Assembly (NCBI RefSeq): GCF_009914755.1
Contig: NC_060944.1
Strand: one strand, 5' to 3'
Source of the DNA: the human T2T-CHM13v2.0 reference genome, Homo sapiens
Length of the DNA stretch: 64,000 bases
Below are positions 22,700-33,900 of the stretch, piece after piece. Every line of letters starts with the position of its first letter. Within the stretch, counting starts at the first letter, position 1. The notes beneath the pieces were generated by a model. The model did no database searches and had not been told where the DNA came from. It saw nothing but the letters and a program-made list of their open reading frames with translations. A program made the translations under genes and the position numbers.

Positions 22700-23500
22700 T
22701 GGTGCTATCGGGCCGAGCCTTGCCTGCCCCACTCACCTGCACGCCCTGGTGGTGCTTCCTGCAAACGCCTGTAAATGGGATTTTTGGCCTGAGAGCCCAC
22801 AAGCTCACGTGGCAGCTAGGAGTGCCAGAGAGTGAATGCCTGGCCCTCAGGTGCACATCCCTCATCCCTCAGGTGGACGCCCCTCAGAGGGACAACCTTC
22901 AGGTGGGACTCCCCTCAGGTGGATTCCCCTCAGATGGATTCTCCTCAGGTGGATGCCCCTCAGGTGGATTCCCCTCAGGTGGATGCCCCTCAGGTGGATT
23001 CCCCTCAGGTGAATGCTCCTCAGGTGTGTGTCCCTCAGGTGGATGCCCCTCAGGTGGACTCCCCTCAGGTGGACTCCCCTCAGGTGGATTCCCCTCAGGT
23101 GGATTCCCCTCAGGTGGACTCCCATCAGGTGGACACCCCTCAGGTGGATTCCCCTCAGGTCTGTGCCCCTCAGGTGGATTCCCCTCAGGTGGAGTCCCCT
23201 CAGGTGGAGTCCCCTCAGGTGGACACTCATCAGGTGGATTCCCATCAGGTGGCTGTCCCTCAGGTGGACGCCCCTCAGGTGGACACTCATCAGGTGGACA
23301 CCCCTCAGGTGAGATTCCCCTTAGGTGGATGCCCCTCACGTGGGATTCCCCTTGGGTTTGTGCTCAGTCTCCAGAGTCCCCAGAGCTCCCTGTTGGGATG
23401 AGGCCCTGGTCGCCTACCACAGTCACTTGCAGAATGATGCTGGTATTGGTTCCTCCTCCCCTGCCTGCCTCAGTTTCCAGTCCCTTATTAGAGTTTCCTG
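22700..23500 (+). mobile_element. LTR16-like ERVL LTR split by a 15-bp minisatellite
   Basis: Flanks AGGAGTGCCAGAGAGTGAATG and CAGTCTCCAGAG..GGGATGAGGCCC..GTATTGGTTCCTCC resemble recalled LTR16 sequence. Boundaries are approximate. Confidence 0.5.
22844..23351. repeat. 15-bp minisatellite (CCCCTCAGGTGGAYN), ~32 units
   Basis: Strict 15-nt period over 22911-23310. I counted 28 CAGGTG by eye. Confidence 0.97.
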
Positions 23501-24270
23501 CAGTCACCAAGAAATGATTAGCTATGTCCGTTTTGTCCCTACCCCATCCCCACTTAGCACCAAAGCTGGGCTGTGGTCAGCTGCCTCCACTCTGTTTTCC
23601 AGCTTCATGTTTGGGTTGCAGCTCCCTTCCCGGCCACCAGTCGACCACCTCTGGTCAAACCATACCAACAGGTGAGCTGCCCTGCACATTGGGAAGACTG
23701 CAATCATCACCAACCATCTTATTCAGGTGGGCTTTTCCCAAGTAGATGCAGCCACTGTCTAACCAGTGTCTTCACCACCTCTGAACTCCACGGAGCTCCC
23801 ACACCGTGCTCAACCTTCAGGAGTTTTTTTAATGCCAGTTCATATTCTCTGCCCCCAGGAAGTTGGAGAAACAAAAATGAGTTGCATCTCTGTAGGGTCA
23901 GCCAGAATGGACATCATGGTTTGGAGTCCACAGAAGCAAAGCCAAGTCGGGGATTCATGTGCATGTGGTTTATTGGAGGGTGCTCACCAGAAGAGAGGGA
24001 AAGGAGGAGGCAGGGACTTTGTATCCCACCCACGCACCTCTCCACCCACCCCTCCTGGCACTCAGAGGCCACAGGCAGTTGGAGAGGTAGAAATTGCAGC
24101 TCTGGGCCAGGCAGTTTCTGCTCCCAGAGGGGTCCAGAAGCAGGTGGCAGGAGTGAGGCCTGAGCCCCCACAGCACCTGGGAAGGACACACCCTTACATG
24201 AAAAGGGGATAGCAGGGTGTCAGAGCAGGGACCAAAGGCACGTGCCATAATGGCCTAAAGATTCAGAGTG

Positions 24271-25129
24271 TGTCTTAGTCTGTTCAGACTGCTATAACAA
24301 ATACCTTAGCCTGGGTAATTTACAGACAATACGAATTTATTGCTCACAGTTCTGGAGACTGGGAAAGCCAAGATCAAAGCACGAGCAGATTCAATGTTGG
24401 GTGACAGCCTGTTCCTCATAAATGGTAACTTCTAAGTGTCCTCACATGGTGGAAGGGGCCAGAGGCTCCTTGGAGCCTCTTTTATAAGGGCACTACTCCC
24501 ACTCATGGGGGAGGGGGGAATCCTTATAACCTAATCACCTCCTAAAGTTCCACCTTCTATACCATCACATTGAGTATTAGGTTCCAACATATGAATTTGG
24601 GGGGTGGGGGTGTATCTGAGTCCAAACTCACTCTGCTCACCACACGACAGCCAATAAGTCACGAGCAAGGAGCTGGGGCAAAGAAAATCACTTATATCAG
24701 AAAGTCAGCAAACCAGGAAGATGGTGACTAGTGTCCTAAAGCACCATCCTAAAAGGCATGAATCCCAAGCTTCTTTTTATATTGGGAAAGGGGGAACAAG
24801 AAGGGGTTTGAGATCAGGAGATGACTGAGGACCACAGACATCTTGGAAGCAATGAGGATCTGAGGAGGTTGTGAAACATCTGTCCTTGGTGAGGTTACAA
24901 TCCTCCTATAAATCCTTAATACAAAATTGTTACTTGTGTGTGCACCCTATTTATCTCCTTGGGGGTTAGTTTTGTAAAGAAACTATTGTCATCCTTGCTT
25001 TAGTAGTTAGCTTGGCCCATGTGCAAGAATGAGCAAAGACAGTTAATTGGTGAGGGTAGAAGGCAGACGGAGTCAGCTATGTTCCATTTCTCTCACTGTT
25101 ACGGGGGCACCAACACTCAGACCAGAGCA
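24271..25129 (-). mobile_element. MaLR LTR (MLT1A0/MSTD-like) interrupted by an ERV1-type LTR
   Basis: TGTCTTAGTCTGTTCAGACTGCTATAACA start. The terminus GGGGCACCAACACTCAGACCAGAGCA resumes at ~25104. Confidence 0.85.
24611..25103 (-). mobile_element. Solo ERV1-class LTR (MER4 group) nested in MaLR
   Basis: Starts TGT and ends GAGTCAGCTATG..TCTCTCACTGTTAC. Flanked by GGGG on both sides (4-bp TSD). Confidence 0.7.
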
Positions 25130-25759
25130 CGAGCAAAGGTGTGTCTAGAACTCCAGGGCCAGAGGTCCCAAAGGATCTAGAAGGTGTAGAAGGACCAACA
25201 CTCAAGGTCAACACATAATCCAGACAAGGAGAGCTTCTGGTTCAGTCATGTTGGTTAACATAAAAACATTGTGTACAAAGTGTTACGTAGAAATAGAAAT
25301 GCATCACATTTAGTTATACAGCTGATGAAGCCAATCCTACAGAAAAATGTAAAATGTTATGAAAGTCGGGCTGTTCCAGGAAAGCCAGAGCATCGGTGAC
25401 TACCCGTGCCCATGAGAGGCTTCCCTAAGAAACCGGAGTGTTCACAAGAGGGCAGGCGCCGCTGGAGGGCTGGGGCTCGGGAGGCCTTTAACGCTTTTGC
25501 CTGCTGACCTTGGAAGCAGCCCCCACAGCCAAGGCTCTCCGTCCCCGCAGCTGACTCTCATCTGGGCCCTCCCTGGCAGGAAACTCTTGTCTCTGTAGGG
25601 TCGGCCAGTTTCCCCCATGTTTCTACTACAGGAGAGCAAAGCAGAAAAGTCCCCATCCTTGGTAAGTAGAGTCCCTCTTGGTCTTGGGTCCCGCCCTGGC
25701 CATGCACTTTCCTTCCTTCAGTCTGAACTGCCCTTGCCCCACTCAGTCCCCGGGCTTCA

Positions 25760-26330
25760 AGCTTCCTGCAGCTGAAGCTGCACGATGAGATCCCAACAGT
25801 TGGCACTACCTGAGCCTGCCCTGGGCCTGTTTCTCTCTTGACCCTCTGAACATTCTCTTGGGCATATTCATCCATTCCAAAAGGTTCAGCCAGTCTCACC
25901 ACACCTGCCAGTGACTCCCAAACCCAGACCAGCAGTCTGGTTTCTGTCCTGAGTCCCGACTGGAATCCAGATGCCTGCTCAGCACAGACAGCTCAGCTCA
26001 GTGGTCAAGCCCGCCCGCCACCTCTGCTGGGTCACTTCTCCCCACGTACACCAGGAATGCAGTGCCTACCTGAACTTTCCCTGAACCCCACATGCAATTA
26101 GTCCCCACATCCCCTCCTAACCAGCTCTTGGGGCCATGCCTCCTCCCAGACCAGGGTTACCACCCATTGCAGGCCCCGTCCTCTCCCTTGGATTCCATGG
26201 TGCCTCCTACAGTCTCCCTGCACTTGGTCATTGCCTGCTGGGACCATCTCAAGACCAGCTGACCCCTTTATTCCCCTACTGAAAACCCTCCATGGCTCCC
26301 ACTTGTCTTTGGATGAAACACATTTCTTAG
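25760..26330 (+). mobile_element. L2 fragments
   Basis: Pyrimidine-rich L2-like stretches, e.g. CCCTACTGAAAACCCTCCATGGCTCCCAC. Confidence 0.5.
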
Positions 26331-26664
26331 CTCCTCTCTTTGTTATTTCCCCCATTCCAGCCTCACCTAACCCCACAGAGGCCACAATCTCTGCCCCCTC
26401 CAGCCTGCCCTCCTGGAAGCCCCCTCCTCTTTCCTTCCTTCCCAACTCCTGTGCATGGTTCCAGCCTTGGCCAAGAGTCCTCTCCTCCAGGAAGCCCCTG
26501 CATCCCCGCTGAGCCAGGCACCTTCCTTTGAGGTCCTTTGCACTCTGAGAGGCCTCCAGCCAGGTGCATGGGAAACAGGAAGAGCCTCCGTGCATGCCGG
26601 TGGAGCGGCTGAGGCCTTGGCGATCGTGGGCATATGCTGCTTGCACGCTGTGTGTTCCATGAGC

Positions 26665-26800
26665 AAACCATTCAGCCTTTCTGAGCTTCAGTTTCCCTCT
26701 CTGTGAAATAGAGATGGTAAATGTGCTTTAAAAAAATAATAATAAGGTTGTTGTTAGTGTAACTGCACAGTGCCTAGCATATAACAAATGCCTGATAAAC
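26665..26800 (+). mobile_element. MIR fragment
   Basis: CTGAGCTTCAGTTTCCCTCTCTGTGAAATAGAGATG...CAGTGCCTAGCATATA. Confidence 0.7.
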
Positions 26801-28759
26801 ATCATGAAATGGAGTAAAAGTCATTACAGATACCTAAACCCTCCATCTTAGAAAAGCTGAAAACACAGACCTGAGAAGAAGGAAGTAGTTAGAAAAGTCT
26901 ATAAATGGGTCTCTGTAACAATGGCTCAGGTAGCCATGTTACTTACTGTGTTTTTCAGGCCGTGCAGATAATGGCTTCAAAAGAGGGAGGCACCTAGAGG
27001 GAGAGACCAGAGGGCCAAGTTGATGCCCAAAGAGATAAAAGCAAGAAATGGTCAGCAAGGGAGACAGCATCTGAATTTATGAAATAGCAGTTACCTCACT
27101 GGGTCTGGAAAGAGAATGGAAAGCATGTAAAGCACCACCAGATGGAAATGGCGTGGGCTCCAAAAATGTCCCCACTGCACACAACCCCCAAAACCCCTCT
27201 CAGGAGCACAGTCAGGTCTGACCTCTGCAGAGCAAGACTGGCTTTTTGTGTGAGTTCAGGCCTCATGCTTCAGGCCTACCCCTCCTAATGGACTGCCACG
27301 CACACATTCATGAAGTCTTAGCAGCCCAAATGGGGAGCTTCAGAGAGCCCCCCTCCCAGCTCAGCTTGTGTGCGCCCCCTCCTCATTCTACCACCCAGGT
27401 CATCCCCATGGAACACGGGGTGCAAGGAGCCAGCAGACACCCCAGAAGGTCCTGACAAGTGACGACAAAGAGAGAGGAAGTTGGAAGACCCGGATTCCAG
27501 TGCCAACCCCGTGGCTCACCATCGGCCGTCCTCCAGTCTCCATTTCAATCATCAAGAAAATGGGAGGGTACAGTAGATAGATTTATGTATTGCGTATTTC
27601 AACTTTATTCTTGGAAAAGAAATACATGCAGATGGTTCAACTTTAAAATTACAAAAGGATATTCGGCAGCGAGTATCCCTCCCACCCCTGCCCCTGCCTG
27701 CATCACCCCTCCTGGAGGCAGCCAGCCTGTGCGCACTTCAGAGGTAGTTCATGCATTTACTAACAAGTGCATCCTTTGCTTTGTTTACACAAATGGCAGT
27801 TCCCACACACACCTCCCACACTTTGCATCATTTACTCAACACTGCGCCTTGGAGACTGTCCAGTGCACACACACAAGTGCTATCTCGTTTCCTTTTCTTG
27901 AGACTGTCGTCCACTCCCTAAAGGCACTGAAATTCTGGGTAGCTTCTCAGGGTCCCTTCCAGCTCTGAGATTCCACGTTGTCCATTCAAATGTGTCTTTC
28001 AGCTGCACACAGTGGGCTGAGGTGGGCACCCCTGCCACAGAGGAGGCTTCGCCTCTCCTCCCCTAGAGGTGCTCTGGAGAGGAACCCCTCCCATAAACCA
28101 GGCCACTCCTCACAGCAGACCTGGGACAGTCACTTTCTAGCCAGGTGGCAGACTGGCAGGCAAACTGAACCTGAACATCTTTGTTTCTAGGCTGTGAGGG
28201 ACAAGGTTTCCATGACTACATGGGAGATTCCCAGCAAATTCACCCCACAAAATACCCAAACACATTTTAGGAAATGCCTGGCCAGAAAGGACAGCCCTCA
28301 CCTTTCGCCAGAGCTGGTCTGGTCCCTGTGTCAGGATAACATCCCACTAGCCTGGTTTGTCTCTTAGAAAAGGAAAAGAGAATTAGGACAAAAGAGGCCG
28401 CATCCTCATCTGGTGCCGGGGTTCCCTTTTCCAGCTACAAAAAAAGCACTGGGGTCAGCCTACAGAACTGCCGAGAGCCCCACGGAAGTCTCAGGCAGAC
28501 CACACACTTGCTGGTGACCCTCGTCATCCAGCAGGGATCCAGGAGGAGAGAGGGGGAGCGAGCACCACAAAGTGTAGAGGAGAGAGGTGGGCAAGCAGGC
28601 AGAGACAGAGGGAGCAGACCGAGCCAGGGAAGTGGGCGTCTGAGGCCGAGCAGGAAGATGGGGAGCACAGAGACTGTTAAAGACACCAGAGGCCCCAGAC
28701 CTGAGAAACAATGGCACAGAAAGGGTATCTGGAGCGGAGAAAGACTGATTAGTAAGCCA

Positions 28760-29642
28760 GTAATTAGCAGTTACCTAATGCTGCATAGCTAAATATCCAT
28801 GACTTAGTGGTCTCAAACTGCAATCACAGTTTCTGTGGGCCAAGAATTCACTAATAGTCTGGCCGGGTGGTTCTGGCTTGGAGTCTGCTACAGACTGAAT
28901 GTGGCCCCTGGAAAGCATGTGCTGGAAACATAATCCCCAGTGCAACAGTGCTGGGAGGGGGCTGCTGAGTGGTGATTAGACTGTGAGGGCTGTGCCCTCT
29001 TGAATGGATTAATTCTGTTATCATGAGAATGGGTTTGTTATCTCAGTAGTGGATTCATTATAAAAGAACAAGTTTGATCCTCCCTCTCTCTGTCTCTCTC
29101 CCTCCCCCTCCCTCCTTTTGCCCTTCCACCATGGGATGATGCAGCAAGAAGGCCCTTGCCAGATGCTGGGACCCTAATCTTGGACTTCCCAGCCTCCAGA
29201 ACCATGAGCCAATAAATTTCTGTTCATTATAAATTGCCCAGTCTATGGAATTCTGTTATAGCAGCACAAAGCAGACTAACAGGGCTGCAGTCAGATGTCA
29301 GCCTGGGCTGCATCATTTGAAGGCTCTGCTGTGGCCAGGGGATCCACTGCCAAGGCAGCCCTCACTGGCTGCCGAGCTGGTGCTGGCTGCTGGCAGGAGG
29401 CCTTAGCATCTCTCTGTGTGGGCCTCCCCAGGGCTGCTTGGGCGTCCTTTTGGCATGTGGCTGGCTTCCCCCAGCATGAGTCACCCAAGAGAGCAAGGCG
29501 GGAGCTGTAGTGCCTTTTCTGACCCATCAACATTCTGCTGGACACAGAGGCCAGCCCTGATTGAATGTGGAAAGGACTGCATGAGAGTGTGGCTCGAGGA
29601 GGCCAGAACCATTGGCAGCCACCTGGGAGACTTGGCGATCAC
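28760..29642 (-). mobile_element. MLT1F-like MaLR LTR with an opposite-strand MSTD/MLT1A0-like LTR nested at 28886-29281
   Basis: Outer CACAGTTTCTGTGGGCCAAGAATTC...GGCTGCAGTCAGATG. Inner TGCTACAGACTGAATG...CCAATAAATTTCTG...GTTATAGCAGCACAAA. Confidence 0.8.
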
Positions 29643-30689
29643 AGAGAGAGGGAGACAAGACATTGTATGGAAACTGTGAGTGGCTGTGTCAAGCTCATAA
29701 TATTCCATAAACATGGGTGGGGAAGATAAGGATGAATGATTAGCAAGGAAAGGAGAAAAAATAAAAAGCAAACCTTGTGCTTCCACTGGACAGTGGTACC
29801 TGAAACTTTTTCTTTTCTCACCTTCCTTGTTATTTTAAATGATTTTAAATAATATCAGTAATGCATGCATGTATCTTCACAATAAGAATGTCCAACAAAG
29901 CTCTCCTTAACCAAACCACCTTGAATGCCACCCCTCCCCAGAGGTCATCACTGTAATCATGCTGAGTCACATCCCAGAACTTGCCTTCACAGCTTTCCTT
30001 GTATATTGCAGTGTTTGTGTGTGTGTGTGTGTAGGAAATGAATTTCATTTCATGAAAAATGTAATTCCATTTTGTATTTTTTTACATAAATTGTATCATA
30101 TCATATCATTGCTCTTAGAATTTTTTCCACTTAATTGATACGTCTTGGACATCATTGTGTGCAGATACGTAAGTCGATCTCATTCTTTTTGACCACTGCA
30201 TGGCATTCCACAGTGTGGCTGCACCATGATTGTAACCATTTCCCTAATGAAAAATATTTAGGTGGTTTGCATTTCTTCTATTACTAGCAGTAAATGTTGT
30301 ATGTGCATCTTTGTATACTTACTTCTAGACTATTATTTCTGAATATATATGTATCTTCAGTTGTCAATTCTTAATTTTATTATGTTGTAATCAGTAAGTG
30401 TGACCTATATCATGATTTCTATTTTTTGGAGTTTGTTGATCATTTCTTTATGGCTTAACACATGACCAATTTCTGTGACTGTGCTGTGTATACTTGAAAT
30501 AATATACACTCTCTGGTGGGTAAAAAGACCCATTAGCTATTATATGATGTTTTTCTCTGTTATTTAAGAGTTTTGTTTATTTTTATCTTCTTGATCTCTG
30601 TCAATTTCAAGAGCTGTGCATTAAAAATCTCACACGATAGTGGATTTTTAAATTTATCTTTGTATTTCCATCAGTTTCAATAAAAGTTG

Positions 30690-30910
30690 CTAATATTTAT
30701 TCACCACCTGCTGTGTGTCAGGCCCTGTGATAAGGACTTAGCATATATTATCTCATCTGATCCTTACAACAGCCTATAAGGGAGGCATTATTATTATCCT
30801 TGTTTTTCAGATGAAAAACCCAAAACAAAGAGGAACCTGATATCACATACCTAAAAAGTAGCAGAGTTGAGACTTAACCTACTCTTGGCTCTAAGTATGC
30901 AGCATGGACC
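30690..30910 (-). mobile_element. MIR
   Basis: ATCCTTACAACAGCCTATAAGGGAGGCATTATTATTATCC..TTTTCAGATGAAAAAC. Confidence 0.8.
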
Positions 30911-31054
30911 ACACATCACAATTGCTTTTCCTGGAGCCCTGCTCTTATTTTATGTAGCCCTGAGAAAGAAAGAAAAAAGCTTTCAATTTCTATGACACGA
31001 TGTTTTCTTATATATGAGAGTTTTTATACTTATCGAAAAAGTTCTTTTAGACTT

Positions 31055-31356
31055 TTTTTTGAGACAGGATCTCGCTATGTCGCTCAGGCTGGAATGCAAG
31101 TGGTGTAATCACGGCTCACTGCAGCCTCAACCTCCTAGGCTCAAGAAATCCTCCTACCTCAGCCTCCTGAGCAGCTGGCACTACAGGTGCACATCACCAT
31201 GCCCAGCTAATTTTTTAAATTTTTTTTGTAGAGAAGAGGTCTCACTACCAGTTTGTCCAAGCTGGTCTCAAACTCCTGGGCTCAAGCAATCCTCCCACCT
31301 CAGCCTCCCAAAGTGCTGGGATTACAAGTGTGAGCCAATGAGTCACCACACCTGGC
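31055..31356 (-). mobile_element. AluJ
   Basis: TSD CTTTTAGACTT at 31044-31054 and 31357-31367. Confidence 0.93.
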
Positions 31357-31881
31357 CTTTTAGACTTATTGATAAAACATTTTGTCATAGATTTCTCTTG
31401 AGCATATACGAAAAGGACACACATGTGCCTTAAGACTTGCTTCCTCCCAGAACCCAATGCCTTTGTGTCACTTTTGAATTAGAGCCGACTCTGTCCCCTG
31501 AAGAGCACTGGGGACACAGGATTTATTTGAACATGCTCCAGTATTGTCTCCGAGGTTTTCTTCCAAGGCATTCACATCCATTCACATTGGCACTGCTGCT
31601 TTATTGATGTTACCAAGAAATGTCAACAGAAATTAGGAATCACGGACACATGCTGTTTTGCTCTCGCTCTCAGCTGTGTGTTGAGAACGCAGTCGTAGGA
31701 CAGCAGGGTGATGCAGGGGAGCTGCTGGCATCGGCAGAGAGAAATGGGAAGACAGCCACATCTTCAACGGAAGGCAAGCTGCCCGATGCATGGAGACCCT
31801 GGGGCTGCCTGCACTTACACTAGCTGTTCAGACGCCATGGACACCAAGGGTATTTGAGTGGCTGAAAGGTTGACGAGGATT

Positions 31882-31896
31882 CCACAGGGTGGCAGC
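31882..31896 (+). promoter_or_regulatory. Candidate CTCF site
   Basis: CCACAGGGTGGCAGC closely matches the CTCF core CCASYAGRKGGCRS. Confidence 0.45.
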
Positions 31897-31981
31897 AGAA
31901 CCAGGACCAGGACCAGGGGAGCACTACCAAGGAAAACCTGGACACAGCCACCTGGGGGCAGGAGCCACACCTACTTCAGTT

Positions 31982-32572
31982 TATGAGAAACAAGTTCACT
32001 CATCCAAACCCAAAGAATGGACTCAGAGACCCGGAGAACTGCAAAAGTGAGACTTTTAATGACAGTCTTGCAAGATTGGGTATCTGATGGACAGGCACAC
32101 CCAGCACAGTTTCAACAAGCAATTTATCCCCTAGTGCACAGGTCCCTCCCCCAGTTCCTCAAATGCTGAGTACTATGGAGGTCACAGTCTTCCTGGACAT
32201 CGCCTATGGGTTGGTGGGTAGGGGTTTTAGGCATTTTCTTTACAGTTGTCTTGCTGCATCTTGTTGCAGCCACAATGCATTGCAATCCTAGTTAGCTCAG
32301 GGGCTCTTCAAGTATTTCACTTATGACCTAAGTAGCTGGGCAGGCTGATAAGAACAGACAAAGTGAGCTATTTTGCAGGCTAGTAAACTTTCATCTTAGA
32401 CTAAACTTCTTTGGTTCTGGTAAGGGCAACTAAGGGGGTGAGGGGCAACAAACAGGCATCAGCTCTCCAAGCAGGGGCCTAGTATATCCTGTTTCTTCTG
32501 TAGTTTGCTGACCTAAACTGATTCAAGGCACTATGTCTTGGAAATGAACCACCGTAAACATTATTTCCTTCA
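31982..32572 (-). mobile_element. Solo ERV LTR (~590 bp; LTR18B-like, subfamily uncertain)
   Basis: CCAAACCCAAAGAATGGACTCAGAGACCCGGAG...TTATTTCCTTCA. AGTT repeated at 31978-31981 and 32573-32576. Confidence 0.75.
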
Positions 32573-33384
32573 AGTTCATCGTCATGTTCCCAGCACCCAG
32601 CACAGTGTGGGAAACAGAAACAAGAGACAGCAATGGATCCCTCAGTGCTCTAATGGCCCCCAGATCGCTGTGTAAACTCCTCCTGCCCGTCTGCCCTGAT
32701 GTGGAGAGTGCCTCACAGAACTGTGTCGGGACTGGAATTTGGTGAGCAGGTCCATGGCGTCCCCACTCTTTTATGGAAGAAACCGCACCAGGACAACTGT
32801 CTTTAGAGCTTCCCAAACCACACTGTTACTCTGCCTTCTGTTTAAAATCTCTTGAAATCCACACTGCAATGGCACAGTCCCTCAATTCTCTCCAAAAAAA
32901 AACTGGGGTACTTATCCCCCCGTGATGGCAAGTGAAGAAGAATCCAACGTGTTCATGGGCAAATTATCCAAGCATTCATCAACCCCTAGCTTGGAAATTC
33001 TTTGGCTGACTAGTTTCTGCCCCCTAGTCTGTCCACGTTAGGAGAGGACTGGGCGGGGGCTTGGCCAAGGTGAGACAGCTCCAGGAACGCTAGCAGAGAC
33101 AAATACTTTGTCCTTTTCTGTCCTCTTTCCTGCCAACACCCCATATGGGTATTTTGCTGAGGAATGAGCATGCCTCCACCAACACGGGGATGCCCAGCAT
33201 CTGTCAGCACATGTTTTCCGAGTGTTCCCAGTCCCACCCTGGTTCCAGAGGGGGTCATACAAAGCACAGAAAACCCTATCTGTCTCAAGACAGTGTAGCA
33301 AGCAAGTCAAAACCAGCACCACTCATTAGTTAGTGAGCAATTCGGTGCTAATTGGCAGAAAATAGGTGAAAAAAGGTTCACAAT

Positions 33385-33900
33385 CATATTTTAAAGTAGT
33401 TTTATGAAAGTATAATATTCATACAAAGTCATAAATGTACCAGTCATAAATGTACAGCTCATTGAATTTTCACAAAATGTTTACACCCAGATCAAGAAGA
33501 GGAAATTACCAGAACCTACCAGCACCATCACCCCCATGCAAGGATCCCACTGTCCTGGCTTCCAGCACCACAGCCTAGCTCTGCCCATATTTAAACATAG
33601 CGTAGCTGGAATCACAGAATGTGAATGCCCTTCCTCCTGGCTTCTTCCACCCAATATTACACTGGTGAGCTCACGGGTGCTGGGGCTCACTCATCGCCGT
33701 TGCTGTGCAGCATCCATTTATCCATGCTGCCCCATTGGCGGGCGTTTGCCATCTCTCCCATTTGGGACTATTACAAATAGCACTGCCCTGGAGGGCTTGG
33801 TGGCCACACATCCCCATGCCTGTTGTGTGACTGCCCAGCCAAGGACTTGCTGGGCACAGGGGGCACCTGTGGTCAGCTCTTGTGGATATCACCAGGCAGG
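33385..33900 (-). mobile_element. Old L1ME 3'-end fragment
   Basis: AAATGTACAGCTCATTGAATTTTCACAAA...CCCAGATCAAGA...CCAGCACCA. Confidence 0.65.

Noticed and set aside
22844-23351. CRISPR-like array
   Set aside because: Contiguous tandem units with no unique spacers and no cas genes, in primate DNA.
22639-23517. 292-aa PSGG-repeat ORF (elastin/keratin-like) and overlapping PQVD and PPEG ORFs
   Set aside because: They arise from the 15-bp repeat (a multiple of 3), which is open in five frames. The flanks look LTR-derived, with no gene context.
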